64,000 nucleotides of DNA, taken from NCBI GenBank assembly GCA_050084515.1, contig CM114271.1, positions 3,100,001-3,164,000 on the forward strand, given 5' to 3'. Shown here piece after piece: positions 12,913 through 25,793 of this stretch. The position numbers and the translations under genes are program-made. Position 1 is the stretch's first letter; every line of letters starts with the position of its first letter. Source of the DNA: Blasia pusilla. Lineage: Eukaryota. The notes under the pieces are model-generated. The model worked only from the letters and a program-made list of their open reading frames with translations. It made no database searches and was not told the origin of the DNA.

Positions 12913-15900
12913 ATGTTCAAGCACATTCTTGTCGACGAGCTGACGCCCATGTACGATGGTAATTGTATTTTTGAGTTGCCTCCACTTGCAGCTCCTGCTC
13001 AAAAGAAGGATGGAGGATGCCTGAAGGGTATGGACAGAAAGTTTGATTGTCATCGATGGTGCAGGCTTCAACGGACCAGTGCTTCAATTCCACATGGTCC
13101 TTGGATTGTCTCCCGCCACCAGTGCGTGGGAGCCTTGGAGTGTAGAAGTCCAGCATACCCGTATCTAGAGCACAACGGGCGAGTCAATACGTCGCAAAGC
13201 CCGGAGTGATCAAGCTTACAACGGCATCACAAATTTGTGAACAATTGCTTGGAATCCCTGGACAGGGCGAGATCACGGCGGTTGAGGAGAAACAACTCTG
13301 GGAGAATCTCTCATTTCTCGCTGATCCTGAATGCTTCCGGAATTTGCTGCGTCAAATACGAGTTCTGGATGGAAAGACGGCCGAAATGGATGCCATCGCC
13401 AGAATCAAGGCCAACTCCAGATTTCCATTCATTCAGAGATGGCAGTTCATGGGCCAAGGAGGCGAGGGATCCAGGGCCTATGTCTTCAAAATGTCAACCA
13501 CAGGTCCGTCGAGTGGCCTCGATCTTATAGATCGAATGAGGGAAGGGGAAGATCTTTACGGGAGTTGGGTAAGCTTTGATATTTGCAACAGAGTGTTGAA
13601 CGGATGGTTGACGATGGGTGCTCACGTTTATGACCATGTGGAGAAGGGACTCAAAACTATATTTGTCTGTGAAGTAAAGGCAGAAGACGTTGGCAATTTG
13701 AAGATGTGTTGGTTTCTCTTATTGGAGGTGGTGAAGGAAAACAAAAGGCCACCTCTGGAAATTTATGGGTTCATGGCGCACAATGCACAACCTGGGTGGA
13801 TTGCTATCCGGGAAGTGTTCTAGGGTGGAGAGGTTCAACCGGAGAGGGAAAGGTCGGATGCTTTCCATTGGCAACAGTCTGTGACCCGGTACACCAAATC
13901 TTGCATCAAGGAGAATAAGAGTACAGAGCATGTGACTCTACTCCAACGCTGCAAGGATAGCAAAACCTTGAAGCAGGCCATGGAATGCCAGGAATAACTT
14001 CATGGGTGGTGGAGGAAGCATGCGATTGAGGGGAAGTACAAAGAGTTGTGCTCTTGGTTGAGTTGGTGGACTGTACGTGTGAGACAATGTGGAAACTTCA
14101 TGCGGCAGGTGAGTTCACTATTTTGTCTTGTCAAGCTCACGCTGAGAATTGTTTGTAAAGTTGAAGCTCAGGGTGAGAAGCGTGGGAATTATATGGATTT
14201 CAAACCCAAGAAACCAAGCAAGCTGTCGGATGCAACGGGTTGCCCGAGTGTGCAACCCGACGGAAACCGACGGGTTGCCCGAGGGTGCAACCCGACAGAA
14301 ACCGACGGGTTGCCCGAGGATGCAACCCGACAGAAACTGACGGATTGCATCGAGATTTTTGGTGCAACCCAAGTGTGCAACCCGAGTGTGCAACCCATCG
14401 GGACCCGACGGGTCACAGAGTCGTTCATGGGATGCCTCGGCCTTGCAACCCGTCTGGTTCCGACGGGTTGCAGTAGGTGGGTTTAAGGTTACAACACGAC
14501 GGAAACCGACGGGTTGCATCCAGATTTTTGGTGCAACCCGAGTGTGCAACCCGAGTGTGCAACCCGTCGAGACCCGACGGGTCACAGAGTCGTTCATGGG
14601 ATGCCTCGGCCTTGCAACCCGTCCGGTTCCGACGGGTTGCAGTAGGTGGGTTTAAGGTTACAACACGTCGGGACCCGACGGGTCGCAGAGTCGTTCATGG
14701 GATATCTCGGCCTACAACCCATCCTGGTTCCGACAGTCGCTTATTTCTTTGACTCTGAGTTATTTTCGTTCCCTTCTAACATTGCCGTCATTGCAGGGAT
14801 TGAACGTTTATGAAAATGCCCTCTGCCCCAACACAAGTGGAGCAGAAAGTGTTCATTCCTCTTGGAGGTTGTCACAAGCATGCCAACGAATTTCACTTGT
14901 GGAGGCATGCCAACAAGACCAGACAAGAGCAATGCTACTGATCTGCAAACATCCCATATCTTCCTCACAAAAGGCATAACAAAAGGAAAGGGGCCGTCGA
15001 TCACGAGCTCTATGTCGTATGGTGTGAGATCCGGGTGATGAAAAATTGTATGTGGAAGCCTTCAACCGGTGCGTAGCTGGAACTCCACTCGAGCAAGACG
15101 TACACATTGGTGGGGATATTCGTGGGCGGGTTTCAAGACGTCTCATACAGATGGTGGTAGAGCAGTCTGAGCGAGACTCGTGGAGACCATATAAGTATCT
15201 TGACTTCAGGCAGGTGAAGAGGCAGCATTGAGGAACGAATCCGGTGATTGATTTGGATGAGGAAATTACGCTGCCCAGGTATTTGGGGACCCCGGACCCG
15301 TCCCAAATCCGTGATGGAGTTACTTCTCCAAAATCAGTGAATGTTTTATTTCAAAAGCCCTCCGTTGTTGGAAGTTCGCAACATCCTGTCATTGGGGTGG
15401 TTCAACAATATGGGATTCCGGTAATGGAGGTGGATTGCAACCTAAAACGGTGGCATATATCTCGGAGCAACCCAAGACGTGGACCCACCTGCAGGGCAGC
15501 ATCTGATGGCATTAGAAGAGCATGCGGCACTTTCCTAAATAAGAAGTGTACAAGGATTGGACGACCACTGCCTGGGTTTTGGGGACTCAAAACCTTTGAT
15601 CGTTTCACGAGGACCGGGGATCAATTGAAGTACTTCTTCTGCCCAAATGAATCTTGCGCTTTCCGGAACTCTTATCCGGCTGCCATTGGAGCTCAGGAAT
15701 ACCCCACGATTTGGCCCATCGCCGGTAGGAAGCGCACTCAAGACAAGTGGACAATCTTACAAGTGCGATTTCAAACTCGTAGAGATGGGGAAGTTCGGAG
15801 CATGTTTGCATTACAGAGACCCTCGCATTTCGTATTCATCCCAAGATTGATGTCAACATGTACCCGGAGAAGGTGGATGATCTCAATCCATTATTTCTGT

Positions 15901-16292
15901 TTGAGTCTAGAAATGGGGTGAAGAGAAACAGAATGTGCAAAGCCAACGGTGGAGAGCAAAGCGAATTGCGTGCGGCTCGGGAGGCAAAAATGGAGATCAT
16001 CGCCACGAAAGATGTCTTGAGTGGCAATGGAATAGGAAGGATGTATTGGGTCAGGAACAACACTGTAAATTCAAGTGTCACAGGGGTGTATGTGGTGCAC
16101 ATCTGTTGCTTTCCCACATGTTCATATGATGACTTTGTCCAAAGAGAGACAAGTGGCAAAAGGTATTTCCCTTGTAAGCACATGTACTATGTGTTGCAGG
16201 TAGTTTTAAGAGAGTCGGAGGTAGGAGTAGGAATCCACCAACCAATTCTGTCCCTCAAAGAAGTTCGAAGTATTTTAAACAAACCACTTTGA
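12913..16292 (+). pseudogene. MULE-type DDE transposase with N-terminal Cys-rich (GCM-like) region and C-terminal SWIM finger, spliced
   Basis: WVSFDICNRV (D1); GFMAHNAQPGWIAIREVF (D2 position reads H); DAFHWQQS (CxxH-equivalent); NTSGAESVHSSW (E) after an in-frame GT-AG intron 14109-14796 with CTAAC branch site; PTCSY...FPCKHMYYVL (SWIM) ~16115-16195. Contains stops and frameshifts. Confidence 0.8.
14230..14740. repeat. Palindrome/half-site cluster with a ~179-bp tandem duplication inside the transposase intron
   Basis: GCAACCCGACGGAAACCGACGGGTTGC variants; 14345-14520 is repeated at 14520-14700. Confidence 0.85.
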
Positions 16293-17699
16293 GGATGCAA
16301 AATGAGGTTTTAGATTGTACTTTTATTTTTTTCTCAACCTTCACTTTGAGCTTGAACTCTATTCAGCCCTGGGCAAATGATAGATTTTTCCCAGACCTTG
16401 GATGGAAAAAGTGATTGGTTCCACACTTATTATTCCACTGATTTTTCAATTTTCTAAATTTTGAGCAATTTGCAACTCGTCGGACTCAGAGGGGTTGCCA
16501 AAATGTGGAAGAGGAAAAAAAAACTGTGGGACTGCTTCATATATGAACAAAAAAGTGCAAAAAATTTCGAACAAAAATTTTCCTCTCTTCAACCTGACGG
16601 AAACTCTCTTCAAAAAAAAGTATTTATTTCGGTTGAAGGTAGTTTCCTCTCTCCTCTCTCCTCTCTTCCTCTCCTCTTACCGCACCTCTAGTGCAGCCCA
16701 GGTTGAGGTTGCTGCAGTGGCGACCCGGTGTGCTGCAAGAGGCACCAAGCCATTGAGAGGTGGAGTTGAGATTGACCCACCAAAGGGGACCGATGGGCGG
16801 CAGGCCAGGGTTCCACAGTCATTCACATTTTCGGAGGCACTACACACACCATCAATGGTGCCTCGACGACCAGCGGTGCCTATAGCTCAGGCAGGTACGT
16901 CAACGTCACAAGGAGTTGGAGTGACAACTCCTATGCGAGATCAAGTGGAGTCAGTGTTGGAGGTAGCCGCTAGAGTGAGTTGGCATCCGCTATTTTTCGC
17001 CATAGAGTTGGCAACATTGGGAGTTGGACAGCTGAGGTGTTCCGGCTGGCCGCCACGTTGTGTGAGAGTGGAGTGATGACTGCTTCTTGTTCAAAGGTAG
17101 TTGAGGAGGTGGTGGACTTGCCCTCAGAGCCCGTGCTCGGGACGTTCCCCACAGAGTCATGGCACGCGGCGGCGGCGGCAAAGTTGGTAGACATGCGAGC
17201 TCGACTGGCCATAGAGCGAGTAGTGGTGACACTTGGAGTAGTATTACTGGATAACCGAGCTGGAGTATTTCGCTTGGTTAGTCTCACGGGGACAGTATAC
17301 CACCCAAAGCGCGTCCTACTTGATTCGGGAGCGCAGCCCTTGATGTTAGGGAAGGTGCCGTGTTTAGCATTGGGGTTACAGAAGGCCGACATTGAGCCTT
17401 GTCCCTTCTAGATACATACCTCGATTGGGGGCATGTCACCCACGTAGTATATGACTTGACAGGAGATAATTGTCAGAGTCCAGCGAGAGCATGCGACGGA
17501 TAGTGCTATGATACGCACACGTGCGATTACGACACCAGTTGAGTCGTACGATGTGTTGGTGGGGAATGACGCGAGAGCTATAGAGGAGTGTGGACGACCT
17601 CGTGAGGCAAGCATGGAGTCATGCCTTTATCCCGGAGTAGTGAGAGTCTGGTGGCAATCGGGTCGTGGAGTGGAGACGTTGACCCCACTGGATACCACA

Positions 17700-18680
17700 C
17701 CCGTTGTGTGGCAGTGTCTAGAGGAGGGTGTTAAGATGTTACATCTCTTCGGAGGGATTAGCAGTGGATTGGCCGCAGTATTGCAAGCGGGCATACGAGT
17801 GCATCAGTACCTTTATGTGGAGAGAGATGAGATTGTGCGACAAGTATCACTATGTCACGTAGCGAGATTGGTCCAAAGGTATCCTGAATTGTTGTTGGTA
17901 TCTGCAGTACGGGGATATCAGCATACACTACCGCCGACATCTCTTTGGTGGGGGCGCAGGATCTGGATAGAGTTGGCACCATTCATTTGGTGATTGCTGG
18001 ATGGCCAGGTCAGGGTCATTCATCAGCTGGCTGAGGATTTGGATTGCAGGATCCGAGGTCAGGGATGTTTGGGAGATGCTAGGAGTAGTACGACACTTCC
18101 ACGAGAGTCAGACATGTTCTCAAGCGTACATTTTGGAGAACATGCCGTTGTTGGGAGACACTCGTGCACGTGTGATGACGAGGGTGCATCTGGTGAGGTC
18201 CTGGTTGGGACCTGCTGTGTTGCTAGATGCAGCGAGAGTTGGGTCACGTGCCCATCGTCCACGACTATGGTGGACGAACCTGATACCATCAGAGGTACTG
18301 AGTCGAGCATATGATGGAGTCCAGAGAGCACCACATCTCACAGTGGATGCTATTTTGGGGTCAGGGCGTCGATCTCAGGTGGTCACGCGGGATGATGGAC
18401 CACCGTTGGCGATGGCCAAAAGGGTGGGGGAGTTGAGGGCAACCTTATCTACGTTGGTGAGCTTCCCAACATCCCATGCCTTTCGTCAGGGAGGGCCATG
18501 CATGATTTGGGATGAGGTGACCAGACCATTGGAGGAGCCTATAGCAGATGAGCGCAAGTGCGCCATGGGGTTTGCTACCGTACTACGGCGGTGGCAGGGA
18601 TGACTGAGGCATCCCAAGACACGTGTTGGGGGAGGCAATGGACCTCAACTGTCTCACATGGATAGTCAGCCTAGGTATGG
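17700..18680 (+). pseudogene. DNMT3-like C5 DNA methyltransferase domain of G1 (frameshifted; catalytic PC reads PG)
   Basis: Motifs MLHLFGGISSGL (I), GWPGQG (IV, ~18000-18016), YILENMP (VI), SRAHRPRLWWTN (VIII), LGEAMDL (X). Confidence 0.85.
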
Positions 18681-19461
18681 CTGAGCAGAGATGGATGCGA
18701 GTATCATCCATGCCGTCACGTCCACAAGTTGGACCATTGCCTACAAGGTCTGTACAGGCATTGGCTAGGGGCGAGACAAGGAGAGATAGGCACCCATGGA
18801 TTTCTTGGGACGTCATTCGACTAGAGAGTGTGAAGGCAGCCAGAGTAGCACATGTTCATTTTTTGGATGTGGAGCATGGTGTAGGAGGTCAGGGTGGAGT
18901 GGCTGTTGCGTAGGTGGCTAAGGTTGCTACATAGCAACCAAAGCCGGAGGTTGCGCCCTCTCCAAGTGAGGTCACGATGGAGACTTGGGAGCGTGTGATA
19001 GGTCTCAAGTTGATAGGAGGAGAGCAACAGCAAATTCATAGTTTTTTTAGAGGGCATGTTACTTGTTTTGCCTTCATTATGAGAGACTTGGGTAGGCTGA
19101 AGGGTCCCGAGATACGGATTGAGTTGGCTAGTGATACGCCGATCTTTCGTCGACCCTACAGGTATTCCGATATGGAGCGAGCCTTGCTTCAGAGCAGGAG
19201 TCATGATTTGTTGGAGGGAGGACTTGTGGAGTTTCACATGGGGAGTATGCATCTGCCACAGTCATGCCGGAGAAGAAGGATATGTATGGCAATTGGACGG
19301 ATAGGCCGATGTGTGGAGATTACCATCCTATCAACCGACAGACGTGGTACGCCATGCCTACTCTTGAGGAGATCTTTGATGCGGTAGGGCATGCAAAGAT
19401 CTTTAGTACGTTAGATCTCCATGCTGGCTATCATTGGAGGACAGGGAGAAGACATCATTCT

Positions 19462-19710
19462 GGTTCTTGAACCGACCAGAAAGTTTGTCCCAAGTCTTTC
19501 GAGACTTGCCCGTATTGTAAACCGCGAAACTAGGAAGGGTGAGCTTGATGAGAGTCCGAGACGAGAACTCGGAAATTTAGCCTGCTAATTGATCCAAGAC
19601 CCGACTAACCAGAGTGCGTGTTTGGATGCAGATCAGCGATGAGAGCGTGATCTACTGAATGCATGCTTCCGCAACAACAAGATTAACGCAAGGAGAGTAG
19701 GCGCACAACA
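19462..19710 (+). repeat. Inverted fragment of the chromovirus 3' LTR
   Basis: Reverse complement of 37198-37448; ends ...GCGCACAACA next to the Copia integrase. Confidence 0.85.
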
Positions 19711-22062
19711 AATACCCATATACACGTAGAGAAGTCATCAATAAATGAAACAAAGTACTGGCAACCACTAAGGCTCTATTGTGATGCTGTGTATACATCA
19801 GTGTGGATCAACTCCAATATCTTGGATGCTCTTCTACCTTGCTTTGGAAAAGGAAATCTAACTTGTCTTCCAAATTGGCAAGGAGGACATACCTCTAACA
19901 TACCAGGACTCGCTAATTTAGGGAGTCCTATTACTATATTAGATGATGAAAGACTTCATAATCTTTGAAGATTCATATGTCCAATTCTTTTATGCCACAC
20001 ATTTAGATCTGTGACTTGTTGGCCGGTTTGACCATACATTGTTGTTTGAATCTCTGGCATAGAAACATCAAATTTGAACATTTTTCCTGATCTAGTTCCT
20101 TTGGCTATCGTAGTCTGATCATCCATTGTTTCAATGAAATAACCATCTGTGTTAAACTTCACTTAATAACCATGTTCTACTATCTATCCTATAGAGATTA
20201 GATTTCTTGCAATGGTAGGAACATAGAGAACATTTCCAAGAGCACAAAGACCATCCGATGCTATTAGAAATTTATCGGTATGCGTGATATGATGTTGAGT
20301 GTCATTTCCTGTGAGCACAATTGTAGGATCTTTCACTAGCTCCAAACTACTGACCCATTTCGCTTGTGAGGTCAAGTGATTTGATGCATCGGAGTCAATG
20401 TATTAATCTATTGTCGAGTCTTTCTTGACCATTGGTCTCATATGATGAGTCATGACCAAGAGATGCTCCGTTTGTGAATGTTGTTGTTCTTGGTACTGCT
20501 CTTGGTGTTGTTGCTCCACATAGTTTTGTTGTTGTAAGGCTCCTATTTTCATATCTGCCTTCTTCTTGAAGCAAAATTTTGCATAGTGACCCTTTATCCC
20601 ATAGTAATTGCAAGATCCAGGGAACCTCTACTGTTGACCTCAATCCCAACGGTTTCCATGATCACCACCATGTGATTGTGCGTGCTACTGGTTTGTACTT
20701 GATTGAGTGACGTTATATTGAGTGCCTCTTCCTCCATATGCTTGATATCCACCACAACCACGGAAGTTTCTGCCACGACCCCTGCCTTTGTTTGATCCAT
20801 AACTTGCAAATACCGCACTCTCTTGCAGACTAGACGAGCTACCGCTACCTACTAGGCGCATCTCTTCACTGATCAACAGAGGAACTAACTCTTGAAAGGT
20901 TGGATACTTCTCTCTCATAGAGATAGAGGTCTCAAAGGACTTGTTATCCTTTGGAAGACCTTAAAGAGTGAATAAGATCAGATCAACATCTTCTACTATC
21001 ACTCTAATGCTATTCAACTGATCAACAATATGTCTGATACTCAAAATATAATCATTCATGGTCTGCGATCCTTTCCTCACTTCTTTCAATTGCTGTTTCA
21101 ATTGAAGCTTTCCGGCCTTTGTAGATGTCTAGAACAACTTTTCCAATGCGTCCCAGGTCTCCTTCGGAGTATCAACATCTTGGATATGACCTATCATTGG
21201 CAAATTTATCGTTATTGAAATGTAGTGGATTACTTGCCTTGCATGCTTGTTCCAAGTGCGAACATTCAAGTCTGTTGAGTCACCTTCTGGCTTGGCCTCA
21301 TCACCTGTGACAAGCTCCCATAGTTCTTGACCTATGAGAAATTTTTTCATACGAAACTTCCATACATTATAATTGTGCTTGTCTAGCTTCTTGCCTGTGA
21401 TTGCTGTTGAGGAATACTCCATGATAAACGATTTCACTCACCAAAAATATAATTTCAGGCTTTCTATTACTCCAATTGAAGCATAGACCACTCCTACACA
21501 GAAATCAATCTGAAATTTTCCAAATTTGATCAACAGTATGAAAGAACTAGACGAAATTGGCTTGTAGAGAGCAAACTGCACAACTTTTCTTCACTAATTG
21601 CACTTTCCTACATTGAAATTGATGCCGCAAGAGCTCAGATTGTCAGAATCAAGCGATTTTGGATGCGTTGGAAAGCTCTCGATGAGCTCTAAAAATTAAG
21701 TAGTGTTGTTCTTGCCGAGACGGATCCTGACGGCCGAATCGACCGGGAAAGCCCTAAAATACGCCTCAAAAGTTTTATCACCATCAAAGCTCCATTTGAA
21801 ATTTGCACCCATAGAGCTCTGAATAAAATTTCATTCTCCCAAACTGAAAATTTTCTTTCTCTTGCCTCTCTTCTCTCTTCAAACACTAAGAATTTCAAGT
21901 GATGTTCTCCTCCCGCTCTGATACCATGTAGAAAACTGCTAAACAAGTATAACTGGTGGAAAACGGCTCTCACACACACACACCACCATAGAGAACGAAA
22001 TTTGCAATGAGAGAATGAGTGGAGGCTGGTCCTCTTCTTAATTTTATAGGGTATGTACAAGT
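19711..22062 (-). mobile_element. 5' half of a Ty1/Copia element (partial LTR, PBS, gag, protease, GAG-pre-integrase, integrase start), inverted relative to its 3' half
   Basis: LTR remnant 21927-22062 is the reverse complement of 40150-40282. PBS TGGTATCAGAGC at 21915-21926. Gag KLDKHNYNVWKFRMK; WHKRIGHMN; LELIHTDV; SFIDDFS. Confidence 0.9.
21915..21926 (-). promoter_or_regulatory. Primer-binding site (tRNA-Met type) of the Copia element
   Basis: TGGTATCAGAGC on minus, immediately after the LTR end ...TACA. Confidence 0.9.
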
Positions 22063-23539
22063 GCTTCGCACCTGGCGGTTCCAACTGTCCGATAGAAATC
22101 CAATGAGTTCCTCACCAAGACTCGCATGAAGTGAATCTCGGGTTGGAATCCAAGTGTGGCATACAAAGTCCACTCCCTTGGATCAGGTTTGGGTTTCGAG
22201 TTCCAACGCCAAACTCCCGTTCCATCCCGTGCCTTTGAAATGCCGTTTGGCGCCCAAAGTGGAGATTCGTGTTCCGAGACATCTCGGAGAGACTCCTCCC
22301 TTACTAGTACTTCTAGGGATCTCCGGGGGCCCCCTACGTTTAGGGAAAGATACCTGGGCCTCTCCAATTGGCCCTCAACCCGATTGCTCTCCCAGTAGTT
22401 TTCGGCCAATATCTCAGCTTGTACTTATGCGTTTGCTCAGATCTTTGGCGCGTTGGAAGCGTCTCAAGATAAGATTTCCAATGCGCCCTTAATTTTCCCA
22501 AATCCATCTTGGAGCTCAACGTTATGGTCCTAAACACAGTCAGATTCTCCCAAACGCTAGTCGTGTTCCAAACTGGTTCTCACCTCTTTGGCAATCAACC
22601 TCCCAAGACTCAACTCATCTCAAGTCTTGGCTTGCGTTTGGTCTAGGTTTCTTGGTCGCAACCACTAACACATGAAAAGCACAACTCTGTTCCGCGTTTC
22701 GTCTCTTAGAATTCTCCAAGAGACCTTTCCAAACGCCTCTCCAAAGCGCAAACCTCGCAGCGTGAGTTCACTTGAGTTCTAATGTTTTGCTTGGCGCCTA
22801 TTTGGTGTTGTTTGGTTATGAGGTCGCGACACTCACCCCTCCTTAGAAGGTTGATGTCCTCATCAACGCAAACCTTGTTGATGTTAAGTTTTGGGAAGCC
22901 AACCCCTTAACACTGAATCGCATTCTGGTAGCTAACCCGCAATTCCTCTTTTGGCTTAAGTCTTAGCTTGTTGCTTGCAGCACTTAGAATTATTAGCTTA
23001 TTCTCTTCGATGAGCCTGGACCAATTCTACATAACTAATCTAAACTATCAAAATAAGCTAACTAAGTCTGCAACCTAACACTCTACTCACTATCTGTAAA
23101 CAACCGCCTGTCTACCTAGCCAACTCGTATTACTTTTGGGTCACTCGTATTCCACTTAGGCGCGTCACTAAGTTCACTTATGCAACATGAATGAGATCAC
23201 CACAAACCCGAAGACAGACTAATCTGCCCCGCCGACGTTAGGGCGAGCCCAAATGCTAGTACTTCAACACTTGATCCTGATCTAGATGCCTTATCTGAAT
23301 ACAAGCTCTCACCTCAAATACTCATTGTTTGGCCTCCTTGACTTACATTCTAAGCATATGAAGAACTACTCATTGCCATGCACTACCAAACCCAAAATCA
23401 CAATCATAAACATTGAATCTCCAAATCCATGCCTTCTTTATTGCAACAACTAAACATTTCTAGTTACAACCGGTTATCGGCCCAAGCTTTCCGATCACAA
23501 GTTATGTCCTTTGCTTCACCGTGTACTAACTCACGTGCC

Positions 23540-23700
23540 TATCTTTGCGATGCTTCTTGCGCGTGTTCAAGATCTGCCTCCGCAATCCAAGTCGCCTCTT
23601 TCACATGGTAGCCTTTCCACTTGACCAAGTACTCGTACTTGGTGGCTCTACGTCTAGAACGCATAATGGTCTCAACCTCAAACTCTGGTTCCTCATTTCT
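23540..23700 (-). CDS. Chromodomain at the chromovirus integrase C-terminus
   Basis: EPEFEVETIMRSRRRATKYEYLVKWKGYHVKEATWIAEADL. Confidence 0.9.
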
Positions 23701-25425
23701 GATGATCGGTTGTGGTCTCAACATCATCCTTCGCTCTGGACGCACATCGTCTTGAAGACACTTCTTCAATAATGACACATGGAAAGTCGGGTGAATCTTG
23801 AACTCGTTTGGCAGCTCCAATGTGTACACATCCTCAAACGGCTTTGCCTTGATCACATACGGTCTAGCATACTTGGCTGACAATTTTGCGGACAATTCCT
23901 TCGGAAGAGTGAGATTCTTTACACTCAACCACACTTGTTCCCCAACTTGGAAACTCACTTGGCGCCGACTTTTGTTAGCATGCTTCACATACCTTAGTTG
24001 AGCCTTGGCAAGACTTTTCCTCGCTCGCTCTTGTTGTTCCTGCATTTCCACTAACAAACATTCCGCTGTTGCTTGACGAGTGTGTGCCGATGTAGCGCCC
24101 CTAAATAGAGCTAAGTCAAGAGGCCCTTCTGGTTCTCTTTGATACGCCAGAAGAAACGGAGATTCTCCGGTTGCAGAATGCTTAGTCGAGTTGTAACAAT
24201 ACTCAGCCATACTTAGCCACTTGGCCCAATCTCTTTGGTCTGCACTCACATAATTCCATTAGTATTGGTTTACGACCGAGTTTAATTTTTCCGTTTGCCC
24301 ATCCGTTTGAGGATGGAAGGCCGTACTAAAGTTGAGTTTGGTCCGGAACCTCCTGAATAGATGTTTCTAAAAGGCACTGGTAAACTTCGGATCTCTATCG
24401 GACACAATGCTCCTAGGCAATCCGTGAGCTCGCCACCAACCATCTAGGAACAGTCGGGAAGTCGTGTAGGCTATCGCAGACTCTCTCGTCGGCACAAACC
24501 TCCCCAACTTGCTTAACCGATCAACTATCACAAGTATAGCATTGTATCCCTCATATTCCAGAAGACTCGTAATGAAATCCATGCTAATGCTTTGCAATGG
24601 TCCCTCCGAGATTGGCAAAGAATGAAGTAAGTCTTGTTTCTTTGCATAAGAAACTCTGTTCACTTGACAGGTCACGCAGGTTTTCACATATTGAGCAACA
24701 TCTTCCTTCATGTTGGGCCAGAAGAACCTTTTGGCCAAAACAGCAAGAGTGGATTTCTCCCCTTTGTGTCCTGCCAAAGGTCCATCATGACATTCCACAA
24801 ACACCTTGGTCCGTAGCTTGCCTTGGCCTACATAGATCATGCTCTGCTTAAACCTTAGCAAGCCGTGCCTCAAACTCACATTGGCCACCTTCTCGCCCCG
24901 CTTTAACTTCCCAAGGTACTCCCTCGCTTGCGCATCCTTCATGTATCCTTCCCGAATCCTTCTTTCCAGGTCTGTTTCATTAGGGAACATTGCTCTCAAC
25001 ACTTGTGTCGTCGATGGCATATGCTCATCCCTACAACTTAACGCATCTGGAATGACATTGTCTTTCCCCGGCATGTGGATTAGCTCCACATTTGTCAACG
25101 CCAAGTTATCATGCCATCGAATTTGCTTTGGTGTTACGCGATCCTAGGTCTCAAAATACTTGAGCGATATGTTATCGGTGAATACTCGAGTCTTATGAAG
25201 TCCCTCATAGTGACGCCACTTCCTCAAGCAGTGAACCACCGTGAACAACTCTTTCTCATGAGTGGGCCATCTCCTTTCGGTGTCGCTAAGCTTCTTGCTC
25301 TCGTATGATACATGTCTTCCTTTTTGCACCAACATTCCTCCAATCGCGAAATCACTAGCATCCGTGTGCACCTTGAAGGGTTGGTCAAACTCCGGCAGCT
25401 TCAAAATTGGTTCCTGCGAAAGGAT

Positions 25426-25793
25426 TGTCATGACCATACGGATTATGTCATAGAGTATAGTGTGCTAGTAGAGGCCATACCTTATGTAGGGCCGTAGTGT
25501 CTAGATAGAGATGCGGTTTCATACATAGGGTTGGAGGTTACTCAATTGAGGGTGACTTTTCTAGTAGGGCCCGCTCTTAGGTTGGAGGATATAGTGTGGA
25601 GTGCACTCAAAGAACAGTTAGTTCTTTGACTAGAGCGTGTTGCGTTGGGAGTAGGCCTTGGTAGTGAGTAGAGCTCTTCGCTATGGTGGTTCCCGCAAGC
25701 TTCGACCTGGATTCTCCCATCTTGGAGTGGGTTTGGCTCGATTGTATGTGATTCTATATGTGTTTTATGACAGTAGGTCTTTCATGGATTTCA
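25426..25793 (+). repeat. G2 repeat A1 (368 bp)
   Basis: Direct repeat of 34685-35052. Confidence 0.95.

Larger units (their letters stand above)
4528..16688. mobile_element. Mutator-like (MULE) DNA transposon with cargo gene
   Basis: 9-bp direct repeat TAGTGCAGC at 4519-4527 and 16689-16697. Removing the insert restores the G1 frame (FMCSAAQVEV, cf. YMASAVQVEA in G2). Both ends start with G. Imperfect GA-rich subterminal inverted repeats at 4554-4588 and 16645-16680. Encodes a MULE transposase. Confidence 0.9.
1445..19463 (+). mobile_element. G1: Gypsy-DNMT retroelement (gag, protease, C5-MTase, start of RT), interrupted by a MULE and truncated within RT
   Basis: Starts TGTCACATG at 1445. 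Gag 3020-4500 has two Zn knuckles (CWECGGAHRQRDC, CDYCHRYGHTRDRC). Resumes at 16698; protease VLLDSGAQPL ~17315-17345; MTase 17700-18680; RT YAMPTLEEIFD/FSTLDL to ~19460. Confidence 0.9.
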
